A stretch of 64,000 nucleotides of DNA from Vicinamibacterales bacterium (GTDB lineage: Bacteria > Acidobacteriota > Vicinamibacteria > Vicinamibacterales > UBA2999), in assembly GCA_041659285.1 (NCBI GenBank), contig JBAZYO010000002.1, positions 105,284 to 169,283 on the forward strand, given 5' to 3'. The stretch's first letter is position 1. Every line of letters starts with the position of its first letter. This document shows positions 55,594-63,909 of the stretch, piece after piece. The position numbers were made by a program, and so were the translations under genes. Under the pieces are notes generated by a model. It had not been told where the DNA came from. It ran no database searches and worked only from the letters and a program-made list of their open reading frames with translations.

Positions 55594-56381
55594 CACCTGG
55601 CCAGGTTGTTGACTTGCGCCAGCATCTCGTCGGCCGCCTTGATGACCTTCGAGTTGGCCTCGTAGGCGCGCTGGCCGAGGATCATGTTGATCATCTCCTC
55701 CACCACGCTGACGTTGGAGTCTTCGAGGAATCCCTGCTGGAGGGTGCCGCGACCGTCGGTGCCCGGCGCGCCCACCTGGGGCTCGCCGGATGCGGTCGTC
55801 GCGGTGTAGATGTTGCCCCCCATGGGCTTCAACCCGGCCGGGTTCTGGAAGGACGCCATCTCGAGGGTGCCCACCTGCTGGGCGGCGGTCTGCCCGGCCA
55901 CCATCGCCGACACGATCCCGTCCTTCGAGATGGTGACCGAGGTGGTGGCCAGCGGAAGCGAGATGGCAGGCTCGACGGTATAGCCTTCTGACGTCACGAC
56001 CTGCCCTTGCGCGTTGCGCTGCAGCGCGCCTGCCCGTGTGTATCCGGTGCTGCCGTCGGGCAATGACACCTGCAGGAAGCCGTCGCCCTGAATCGCCACG
56101 TCCATCGGTGAATTGGTGGCGCGCAGGTTGCCCGAACTGAAGTCGCGCGAGGTCGCGACCGGACGGGTGCCGAGACCGGTCTGCATGCCGGTGGGCGATT
56201 CGCCGGCGCCGGGCGTCGGCGAACCCGGCGCCGTGGTTTCCTGATAGACCAGATCTTCGAACTGAACGTGGCTCTTCTTGAACCCTGGCGTGTTGACGTT
56301 CGCCAGGTTGTGGGCGACGTTGTCGATGTTGGCCTGCTGAGCGTTCATGCCGCTGGCGGCCGTATACAAGGCGCGAATCAT
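55593..56381 (-). CDS. flgG: flagellar distal rod protein FlgG
   Basis: The N-terminus is MIRALYTAASGMNAQQANIDNVAHNLANVNTPGFKK. The C-terminus is GFLEDSNVSVVEEMINMILGQRAYEANSKVI. Confidence 0.95.
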   Translation of the reverse strand: MIRALYTAASGMNAQQANIDNVAHNLANVNTPGFKKSHVQFEDLVYQETTAPGSPTPGAGESPTGMQTGLGTRPVATSRDFSSGNLRATNSPMDVAIQGDGFLQVSLPDGSTGYTRAGALQRNAQGQVVTSEGYTVEPAISLPLATTSVTISKDGIVSAMVAGQTAAQQVGTLEMASFQNPAGLKPMGGNIYTATTASGEPQVGAPGTDGRGTLQQGFLEDSNVSVVEEMINMILGQRAYEANSKVIKAADEMLAQVNNLAR

Positions 56382-56398
56382 GGTCTACTCCTAAGCGG

Positions 56399-57121
56399 TT
56401 ACCGGCGTCCAAGCGAGTCAATGGCTCGCCCGTCGACATCATTCATGAGCACCGAGACGGCCTTCTGCAACGCCTGAAAACTGCGCGACACGCCGGTCAG
56501 CTCGCCGATGCGCTCCGACACCGACACGTTCGATTCCTCGAACACGCCGGACTTCACGACCGCTCCGTCGACGGGCTGCGGAACCTGCGACGGCCCGGCC
56601 CGCAGAATGGCGCCACCCTCGCGGACCAGCTCGCGCGGCTCGTTGAACCTGACGACCTGCAGTTTGCCGGCGGCTTTGTTCCCGCTCATCACGGTGCCGT
56701 CGTCGGCGATTGTCGCCACGCCGGTACCGAGCTTGATGGGACCGTCCTCGCCCAGCACCACGCTGCCGTCGGAAGTCTTCAACGACCCGTCCGCCGCCTG
56801 CAGCAAGTTGCCATTCCGGGTGTAGCGGGGGCCGTTCGGAGTTTGCACCAAGAGAAATCCGTCCCCCTGGATAGCGATGTCGAGTTGCCGGCCGGTCGGT
56901 GTCACCGTCCCCTGCCGCATGTCGAGGCGGCGCCGGCCAACGGAGACGTCGATGGCGGTTTCGAGGGCGTCGCCAAACGCTGGACGCGGCGCGTTCGCGT
57001 TGCTCACGCGTTCGCCCTTGAAGCCGGCGGTGCCGGTGTTGGCCAGGTCCTCCGACAGGCGATCGAGCTGGTCGAGCCGGGCCCGCATGCCGCTCAGTGC
57101 GATGTAATAGCCGCCTGACAT
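56399..57121 (-). CDS. flgF: flagellar proximal rod protein FlgF
   Basis: The ATG at 57121 lies after AGGAGG. The N-terminus is ALSGMRARLDQLDRLSEDLANTGTAGFK. The C-terminus is FEESNVSVSERIGELTGVSRSFQALQKAV. Confidence 0.9.
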   Translation of the reverse strand: MSGGYYIALSGMRARLDQLDRLSEDLANTGTAGFKGERVSNANAPRPAFGDALETAIDVSVGRRRLDMRQGTVTPTGRQLDIAIQGDGFLLVQTPNGPRYTRNGNLLQAADGSLKTSDGSVVLGEDGPIKLGTGVATIADDGTVMSGNKAAGKLQVVRFNEPRELVREGGAILRAGPSQVPQPVDGAVVKSGVFEESNVSVSERIGELTGVSRSFQALQKAVSVLMNDVDGRAIDSLGRR

Positions 57122-57944
57122 GGCACCTCCTCTGGTGACGTCACATTGACCGCACGGGCCAGCAGCACGTCCTCGACGAGGCCGCCGCCTTGCACCCGGA
57201 CCCAGGTATACGGCTCCCATCGGGCTTCGGTCACGGTGGTGTCGCCGCCGCGGGTCGCGGCGGCGGCAATGTGCGCGGCGGCGTCCGAGAGGCTGGCGGT
57301 TTGCACGAAGTCAGTCGCGGAGGTGCCGCTGGCACTGGCGTCCACATCGGCGCCATAGTTGGCGAGCAGAGCCCGCCAGTCGTCATCCGTGACCAGGTAA
57401 GGTTCGGGCACCCACCCCGTCAGCCGCCGAAGCGCGCCCAGCGCGCGTCGCGGCACGGGCGCGGAACAGGCCACGCGCAGGCGGCCCTCTTCAACGCCGC
57501 TGATTGGCACCAGGCCAAGCGCCCGGACCGCGTGAGGAGACAGACCGCATGGCGCGTCCCGCACCGCCGAGACGTCCACGGCGGCGAGATAACCGACACC
57601 GGCCTGCGCCGCCAGCACGCGGAGGACGCCCTCGCGCTCCGCCGCGCCCATCGCACACAGTTGTTCGCCGAGCTTCAGCCGGCTCCCCTGCTGCGCCGTC
57701 AGCGCGCGCTCGATGGCGTCGGCGCCGCAGATGCCGTGTGTCGCAGGAGCGCGCCCAGCCGCATCGGCGGCACGGCGGGAATCCCCGCGGCTACCGGGCG
57801 CGCTTCGATGAGCCGCCGGCGCGCCATGCGCTCGACACACGCCTTCGAACAGAACCACAAGCCGTCGACGTTGGCGCCCAGGCCGTGCCGCACGAGCAGC
57901 TCCGGACGCCACCGACCACACGCTTCAGCCGCGCATCGCGCCAT
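57094..57944 (-). pseudogene. frameshifted (or mis-sequenced) gene: N-terminal Cys4 zinc-ribbon plus tandem MshEN-type motifs plus T2SSE_N-like domain
   Basis: Frame A (57944 to 57699) encodes MARCAAEACGRW...FCSKACVERM...PPMRLGALLRH. Frame B (from 57735 down to 57094) encodes GICGADAIERALTAQQGSRLKLGEQLCAMGAAEREGVLRVLAAQAGVGYL.... The two frames meet at an (AC)3 run, 57736-57741. Confidence 0.5.
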
Positions 57945-58311
57945 GATTGTCTCCAGACTCTGCGATGGTCGATGCCAGTTCCAGGTGGAGCCGCACTTCG
58001 CCATGGGAAAGGGCCTCGGCGGCGGCAATGTCGTCAATCGACTGCCCGTGCCGCGCCGCGCTGGTGATCCGCCGCGCCGTGGCGCCGCGGGACGACCGGG
58101 CGGCACGCTGAGGCGCGGTCCGGTCAAGTTCGGTGGCGACGTTGGCAAGGCCGATCTCGGTAGTGTCGGTCAGCAACTCCAGGGCGGCCGCGAGGTGGGC
58201 CAGCCGATCGCCAAAACGGCTCAAGGTCTTGAGCGCCGCCGACACGCGCACGATCACCACCGCCTCGGCCAGCGCCACCAGCGCGAGTCCGCCAATCACG
58301 TAGATTTCCAC
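57925..58311 (-). CDS. small N-terminally anchored protein, DUF2802-like (possible C-terminal HTH)
   Basis: The GTG start lies 1 nt after the fliN stop. The TM helix is IYVIGGLALVALAEAVVIV. The C-terminus ARRITSAARHGQSIDDIAAAEALSHGEVRLHLEL resembles the DUF2802 tail found in flagellar clusters. Confidence 0.45.
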   Translation of the reverse strand: MEIYVIGGLALVALAEAVVIVRVSAALKTLSRFGDRLAHLAAALELLTDTTEIGLANVATELDRTAPQRAARSSRGATARRITSAARHGQSIDDIAAAEALSHGEVRLHLELASTIAESGDNHGAMRG

Positions 58312-58312
58312 C

Positions 58313-59089
58313 CTATGCCTCCAATGCCCGGATTCGCTCGGTCGGGCTCACCACGTCGGTAATCCTGACGCCGTAGTTGCCGCCGACCACGACCACCTCG
58401 CCGCGGGCGATCAACCGATCCCCAACCAGCATCTGCACCGGCTCGTCGGGCGAACGCTCCATGTCGATGATCGATCCCGGTCCCAGTGTCAGGAGGGTCT
58501 TGAGGGGCATCACCGTTCGGGCGAACCGGACGACCAGCGGCAACTCGATGTCGAGCACCGCGTCGAGCTTGTTCGCAGCCCCGTGGTCCGCCGCGCCGGC
58601 GACTCTGGCCGTTGCGACCATGGCCGTCGTGGCGACGGCGGCCTCGGCCACGATGGTGGCCCCGCCAACCGCGACGCGGGCGACGGCGTCGCCCACGTGG
58701 AGGTCCGCCCACACCGCCGGGGCCGGCGACTCCCCGGCCGCGGCGCCCGCGAGGGCAATCTCAACAGCGGTGAACGGCGGCTTGGTCGCCTGCGCTCCGG
58801 CGGCCTGCGACCACATTTCCCCGAGCATGTCCGCCACCGTGGCCGCATCGGGGGTCTCGTCCATGCCCATGACGCGCCGCGCCAGGGCCTCGGCGCCTGA
58901 TTGATCGACCCACAACAACGCGGTTCCGGTGAGCGCGCCCTTGGCGGTGGCCGTGATGCACCATCCCGGCCCGTGCGCGCCCTCGGCCGCCGGTGAGGCG
59001 GTGACGCCGCCCACCACGGCGTCAATGGCCGCGACGAGTTCGGCGATCAGCGATTCCGCAAACGATCGGGGAGTCAGCGGTGTCTCCAT
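58313..59089 (-). CDS. fliN: flagellar switch protein FliN with extended N-terminal domain
   Basis: The C-terminal SpoA domain reads IELPLVVRFARTVMPLKTLLTLGPGSIIDMERSPDEPVQMLVGDRLIARGEVVVVGGNYGVRI. Confidence 0.85.
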   Translation of the reverse strand: METPLTPRSFAESLIAELVAAIDAVVGGVTASPAAEGAHGPGWCITATAKGALTGTALLWVDQSGAEALARRVMGMDETPDAATVADMLGEMWSQAAGAQATKPPFTAVEIALAGAAAGESPAPAVWADLHVGDAVARVAVGGATIVAEAAVATTAMVATARVAGAADHGAANKLDAVLDIELPLVVRFARTVMPLKTLLTLGPGSIIDMERSPDEPVQMLVGDRLIARGEVVVVGGNYGVRITDVVSPTERIRALEA

Positions 59090-59090
59090 G

Positions 59091-60068
59091 TCAGGCTGCG
59101 GTCCGGGCGCGACCGCCGCAGCGCTGATCGAGACGCACACCGATGCGGCCCGCCTCGACCGACAGGCGGCCCTTGAACTTCGCGGTGCTCCCGACCAGGA
59201 CGTCGATGGGCCGGTGCGCGGCGACGCCGAGCGATACGACGTCGCCGGGCGCGAGGGCCAGCAGTTCGCGGGCCGGCAGTTGCGATGCGAGCAGCGCGCT
59301 GATCGCCACCGGAACCCGCGAGAGGCTCTCGTGCACCCACTGCCGCTCGCTGGCCGTCGGCTCCCGGCGCTGACGATGCCAGGCTTGCGCGAAATGGCTG
59401 CCGGTGGTTTCGACGAGGCTGACGGGCAGACAGAGGTTGGCCATCGCCCGCGAGTCGCCGACCTTCATGTCGAACACGATCATGATCACGGTCTCGTTCG
59501 GCGCGGCCACCTGCAGCATCTGCGGCCGTGTCTCGCGGCCGCGAATGCCAAAGGCCAACTCGACCAAGGGGCGCCAGGTCTCGGTCAAGGCGTCCAGAAA
59601 GAGCTTCACGATCGCGTCAATGACGTGCTGTTCGATGTCGGTCAGCGCACGGGTCAGCGTCGCGGTCTTGCCAACACCGCCCAGCATCCGGTCGATGATG
59701 GCGAAGGCTACCGCCGGATTGATCTCGAGCGCGCCCAACTCGTCGAAGGGCGGGATGGCCAGCGCATAGAATGCGGTCGGGTCGGCCAGCGACATCAGGA
59801 ACTCGGAATACGAGAACTGCTCGACCGACACCACCGACACGTCGGAGATCGTGCGCAGGTACGCCGACATCGAGGTCGAGACATTGCGGGCGAAGCGGTC
59901 GTGCAGGAACCGCAGCGAATGCAACTGCTCCTTCGACACGCGGTCGGGGCGCCGGAAGTTGTAGCGGCGGACCGCCGACGGCTCGGGCTCGTCGTGCCGT
60001 TCCGGGGCGGACTCGACGGGCGCCGACAGCAGGGCGTCGATTTCGTCCTGGGTGAGGATCTTGCCCAT
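59091..60068 (-). CDS. fliM: flagellar switch protein FliM
   Basis: The N-terminus MGKILTQDEIDALL is the CheY-P binding motif. It is followed by RYNFRRPDRVSKEQLHSLRFLHDRFARN. Confidence 0.9.
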   Translation of the reverse strand: MGKILTQDEIDALLSAPVESAPERHDEPEPSAVRRYNFRRPDRVSKEQLHSLRFLHDRFARNVSTSMSAYLRTISDVSVVSVEQFSYSEFLMSLADPTAFYALAIPPFDELGALEINPAVAFAIIDRMLGGVGKTATLTRALTDIEQHVIDAIVKLFLDALTETWRPLVELAFGIRGRETRPQMLQVAAPNETVIMIVFDMKVGDSRAMANLCLPVSLVETTGSHFAQAWHRQRREPTASERQWVHESLSRVPVAISALLASQLPARELLALAPGDVVSLGVAAHRPIDVLVGSTAKFKGRLSVEAGRIGVRLDQRCGGRARTAA

Positions 60069-60072
60069 GCGA

Positions 60073-60807
60073 CTAGTGCGTCCCCTTCCGCTGGATGACA
60101 TCGCCCAGGAACGACCGCAGCCGCGCCACGGCCTGCGTGCGCAACTGCGACACCCGCGACTCACCGACGCCAATCACTTCGCCGATTTCCGCCAGCGTCA
60201 ACTCTTCTTCGTAATAGAGGGCGAGGATCTGCCGTTCGCGGTCGGGCAGTTGTGCCACGGCGCGAGCCAGATGCCCGCGCAGCTCTTCCCGCTCGAGGCG
60301 GGCGTGGGGCCCTTCCGCCGGCTCGATGGCCAGTTCCAGGGCCGACTGGCCCTCACCACTGGCCGCGGCCTGACGGATCGACGCCAGGTCCACACTCCGC
60401 AGTTGATCGAGCATCCGGTCGTACTCGGGCTCCGAAACATTCAGCGCGGCGGCGATCTCGGCGGCGTCGGGTTCGCGTCGGAGTTCGCCGCGCAGGCGCC
60501 CGATGGCACTGTCAACGTCCCGGCGCAGCTTGCGGACCGCCCTCGGCGCCCAATCGAGCCCGCGTAACGAGTCGAGCATGGCACCGTGGATCCGGCGCCG
60601 TGCGAAGGCGTCGAAGGGCACGCCCAGCGCAGGCTTGAAGCGGCCCGCCGCGTCAATCAGCCCGAGCACGCCAACGCTGACGAGCTCCGAGACCTCGACC
60701 TGCGAGGGCAGGCGGTGGGCCAGCCGGCTGGCCATCGTCTTGACCAGACCGACGTGTTCCATTACGAGCTTGTCGCGGATTTCCAGATCATCAGACTGTC
60801 CCGTCAT
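60073..60807 (-). CDS. fliA: RNA polymerase sigma-28 factor FliA
   Basis: Region 2 reads LVMEHVGLVKTMASRLAHRLP. Region 4 reads LPDRERQILALYYEEELTLAEIGEVIGVGESRVSQL. The RBS is GGAGG. Confidence 0.9.
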   Translation of the reverse strand: MTGQSDDLEIRDKLVMEHVGLVKTMASRLAHRLPSQVEVSELVSVGVLGLIDAAGRFKPALGVPFDAFARRRIHGAMLDSLRGLDWAPRAVRKLRRDVDSAIGRLRGELRREPDAAEIAAALNVSEPEYDRMLDQLRSVDLASIRQAAASGEGQSALELAIEPAEGPHARLEREELRGHLARAVAQLPDRERQILALYYEEELTLAEIGEVIGVGESRVSQLRTQAVARLRSFLGDVIQRKGTH

Positions 60808-60862
60808 GCCTACCTCCGCGTCCCCGTTGTCTTGTCCATCGCGGGTGAACTCAATCGCCGGC

Positions 60863-61861
60863 TCAACATGTGGCCGCCGCCCAGGCGCCCGCTTCGTCTC
60901 GCAGCACCGCGGCCGCGAGCCCCTCCGACGTGGCGCGCGCCAGATCCTCCGGAACGCGCTGGCCCGCCGTCATGTACGACACGGGAATCTGCCGCTCGGC
61001 GAGCACACCCAGGAGCGGCGCCAGCGACTCGGCTTCATCGACTTTCGTGATCACCAACCGGTTCGGGTGGACGTCGTAATAGGCGTCCAGGATGCGGCGA
61101 GCCGACGTCGCGCTGGTGTCTGCCGCCATCACCAGATGCGTCCGCACCCCGCGCCGGCTGCCAAGCAGCCGCCGCAGATCGCGCAAGCCACCATCGCGGG
61201 GCGAGCGGCCGGCCGTGTCCACCAGCAGCGGTGTGCGGCCCCGCGTCAGCGCCTCGTCGAGATCCTCAATGGTCCGGGCAATGCGAAATGGGGCGCCGAT
61301 GATGTGAGCGTAAGCACGGAGTTGCTCCACCGCGCCGGCCCTGAACGCGTCGGCGCCGACCAGCCCGAGCGGCCGGCCGTGCAGCGCGCGCTGTTGCGCC
61401 GCGATCTTCGCGATCGTGGTCGTCTTGCCGACGCCCGGGGGCCCGATGAACACCTCGACCCGGGCAAACGCTTCCTCGCCTGCGGTAATCGCCTCCATCT
61501 GCGTGGCCAGGGCCCGCTGCAACGCGCGGAGTGACGCCCCACGGCGTTCCGATGGCGACAGCCCCTCAGCGACGGCTTCGGCCAGGGACCTGGTCAGGCC
61601 GCTGGCCATGAGCCGCGCCACAATCCCGTCACTGGGGCCAGAGGTGTCGGTGGGCCGGCTGCTGGCGGCGGCCGGTCGACTCTCGCGGTCGCCACCCGGC
61701 ATGCCCGCGGTCAGCTGCACTTCGCGCATGCCGAGCCACCCGCGCCAGCCGCGCGCCGGAACCATTTCGCTCGATAGCACCAGCGCGGTGGGGCCCAACT
61801 CCTCCCGGATCGCTCGAAGTGCCTGTCGCACCGTGGGTTGGCGAAACTGTTTTGCCTGCAT
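60863..61861 (-). CDS. flhF: flagellar biosynthesis SRP-type GTPase FlhF
   Basis: The start is MQAKQFRQPTVRQALRAIREELGPTALVL. The G1 motif is GPPGVGKTTTIAKIA, followed by DTAGR and TKVDE. The longer ORF in the track overlaps flhA out of frame. Confidence 0.85.
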   Translation of the reverse strand: MQAKQFRQPTVRQALRAIREELGPTALVLSSEMVPARGWRGWLGMREVQLTAGMPGGDRESRPAAASSRPTDTSGPSDGIVARLMASGLTRSLAEAVAEGLSPSERRGASLRALQRALATQMEAITAGEEAFARVEVFIGPPGVGKTTTIAKIAAQQRALHGRPLGLVGADAFRAGAVEQLRAYAHIIGAPFRIARTIEDLDEALTRGRTPLLVDTAGRSPRDGGLRDLRRLLGSRRGVRTHLVMAADTSATSARRILDAYYDVHPNRLVITKVDEAESLAPLLGVLAERQIPVSYMTAGQRVPEDLARATSEGLAAAVLRDEAGAWAAATC

Positions 61862-61862
61862 C

Positions 61863-63902
61863 TCAGTCCAGCGTTGCAATGGACGCCACGCGAATCTGTG
61901 GCGGAATCTCGTTGTGTGACAGCACGCCCAGATGCGGAAGCACCCTGGCGAACAGCCGCCACACATGCGGCCGTAGCGTCGGTGTGCAGAGAAGCACAGG
62001 CTGTGCCACCGCAGCGCCGATGATTTCGGCGATCCGGCTGGCCAGTCGCTGGGCCTGTGCCGGGTCGAGGGCCAGCATGGCGCCCTGCTCGGTGCGCACG
62101 AGGGAGGACACCAGCCGCTCCTCGAGCGCCGGGGCAATGGATATGGTGGGCAGGTCGCCCTGCTCGGTCTGGTACGGTCGGCAGATGGCGCGGCCGATCG
62201 CCGCCCGCACCGCCTCCGAGACGGCATCCGGATCCTTCGTCGCCGGCAGCGCGTCGGCGATCGCTTCGAGAATGCTGGTCAGGTCGCGAATCGGCACCCG
62301 CTCGCGCAGCAGTTGCCGGAGCACCTTCTGGATGTCGCCGATCGAGGCGAGCTTCGGCACCAGTTCCTCCACGAGTTTCGGGGATGACTGCGCCACCCGG
62401 TCGACGAGTTCCTTGGTGTGCTGCCTGGTCAACAAGTCGGGCAGGAACGTGCGGATGGTTTCGGACAAGTGCGTCGACAGGGCCGTGGTCGGGTCGACCA
62501 CGGTGAACCCCGCCGCCGAGGCCCGCTCCCGCTGGTCCGGACTGATCCACACCGCGGGCAGACCAAAGGCCGGCTCGCGCGTGGGCGTGCCGTCGAGCGT
62601 GATGTCCGCCGTGCCCGGGTTGATCGCCAGCAGCCGATCGGCGAACAGTTCGCCCCGCGAGACTTCGACCCCCTTGACCTGGATGGCGTAGCTGCGCGGC
62701 GCCAGCTGCAGGTTGTCGGCCACGTGCACCGGCGGCACGATCACGCCGGTCTCGGTCGCAATCTGTCGGCGGATGGCGCGCACGCGATTGAGCAGCGTGC
62801 CGCCCTGTTGTTCGTCGACCAGGGCCACCAGCGCGTAGCCCACTTCCACGCTCAGGGGATCGACGGCCACCGCCGTGTCCAACGCGTCCGGCGCCGGCGC
62901 CGGCGTCTCGGCCGAAGCTCCGGTCCGCTCGGACACGGCCCGGTTCGCATAGGCCGCCGCTCCCAGACAGGCCGCCACGGTGATGAACGCCACCTTGGGC
63001 AGGCCGGGAATCAGGGCCAGCAGCACGAGGGTGCCGGCAGCGATCGCCAGCGGCTTCGACCGGGCGAGCAGCTGATCCGCCACCTCTTCACCCAGGTGGG
63101 AATCCGACGCCGCCCGCGTGGTGATGAGACCGCCCGACATCGACACGAGCAGCGCGGGGATGGCCGTCACCAGGCCCTCTCCCACCGTCAGGATGGTATA
63201 GGTGCGTGCCGCCGTCGCCAGGTCGAGGTCGTGCTGAAACACGCCGATGATCAGGCCGGCGACGATGTTGACGCCGGTAATGAGTACCGCCGCCAGGGCG
63301 TCGCGCTGCGTGAAGCGGATCGCGCCGTCCATCGCGCCGTAGAAGTCGGCCTCTTTCCGCACCCGCTCGCGCCTGGTGCGCGCCTGGGTGTCGTCGATGA
63401 TGCCGGCGTTCAGGTCGGCGTCGATCGCCATCTGCCGCCCCGGCATCGCGTCGAGCGTGAACCGGGCGGTGACTTCGGAGATGCGCACCGCGCCGTGATT
63501 GATGACCAGGAACTGAATGGCGATCAGCACCAGGAACACCACGATGCCGACCACGAAATTGCCGCCGACCACGAACTGGCCGAACGCCATGATCACGTGC
63601 CCCGCCGCGTCGACCCCGTCGTGACCGTGCATCAGGATCAACCGCGTCGACGCCACGTTCAGCGACAGGCGCAACAACGTCAGCAGCAGCAGCAACGTTG
63701 GAAACACCGAGAACTCGACCGTCTGCTTGATGTAGACGACGGTCAGCATCAGGACCACCGCCAGCCCGATGTCAACCGACAGCAGCAGATCCAGCATGAG
63801 CGGCGGCAGCGGCACGATCATGAGCAGCACCACCGCGAGCAGGCCGGCCGGCACCAGCATGTGCGAAGCGCGGCCTATGGGGGAGGTCTGTTGGGTTGTC
63901 AT
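61863..63902 (-). CDS. flhA: flagellar type III export gate protein FlhA
   Basis: The N-terminal polytopic region contains FPTLLLLLTLLRLSLNVASTRLIL and VGEGLVTAIPALLVSMSGGLITTR. A cytoplasmic domain follows. The RBS is AGGAG. Confidence 0.95.
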   Translation of the reverse strand: MTTQQTSPIGRASHMLVPAGLLAVVLLMIVPLPPLMLDLLLSVDIGLAVVLMLTVVYIKQTVEFSVFPTLLLLLTLLRLSLNVASTRLILMHGHDGVDAAGHVIMAFGQFVVGGNFVVGIVVFLVLIAIQFLVINHGAVRISEVTARFTLDAMPGRQMAIDADLNAGIIDDTQARTRRERVRKEADFYGAMDGAIRFTQRDALAAVLITGVNIVAGLIIGVFQHDLDLATAARTYTILTVGEGLVTAIPALLVSMSGGLITTRAASDSHLGEEVADQLLARSKPLAIAAGTLVLLALIPGLPKVAFITVAACLGAAAYANRAVSERTGASAETPAPAPDALDTAVAVDPLSVEVGYALVALVDEQQGGTLLNRVRAIRRQIATETGVIVPPVHVADNLQLAPRSYAIQVKGVEVSRGELFADRLLAINPGTADITLDGTPTREPAFGLPAVWISPDQRERASAAGFTVVDPTTALSTHLSETIRTFLPDLLTRQHTKELVDRVAQSSPKLVEELVPKLASIGDIQKVLRQLLRERVPIRDLTSILEAIADALPATKDPDAVSEAVRAAIGRAICRPYQTEQGDLPTISIAPALEERLVSSLVRTEQGAMLALDPAQAQRLASRIAEIIGAAVAQPVLLCTPTLRPHVWRLFARVLPHLGVLSHNEIPPQIRVASIATLD

Positions 63903-63909
63903 CGATCTC

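Noticed and set aside
55594-56442. The N-terminal ~283 aa of the 512 aa ORF 54904-56442.
   Set aside because: It is an out-of-frame shadow of flgG. FlgA begins at the signal peptide MLSLLTT (ATG 55593), which overlaps the flgG stop.
57733-57743. Programmed -1 ribosomal frameshifting as the explanation for the split gene.
   Set aside because: There is no X_XXY_YYZ slippery heptamer at the junction (CGACACACGGC), and I could identify no obvious downstream stimulatory structure. An indel or sequencing error is the simpler explanation, although recoding is not excluded.
57699-57921. Annotating the MshEN-like gene simply as the 275 aa frame-B ORF starting at ATG 57921.
   Set aside because: The first ~60 residues of that frame are Arg/Ala junk. 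The overlapping frame A encodes a coherent zinc-ribbon and the first half of an MshEN motif, so a frameshifted single gene explains the data better.
60808-60862. A sigma-28-like -10 element (GGCGATTG on the minus strand) upstream of fliA, suggesting autoregulation.
   Set aside because: The position 14 nt upstream reads GGCGG rather than TCAAG/TAAAG, so no -35 element accompanies it.
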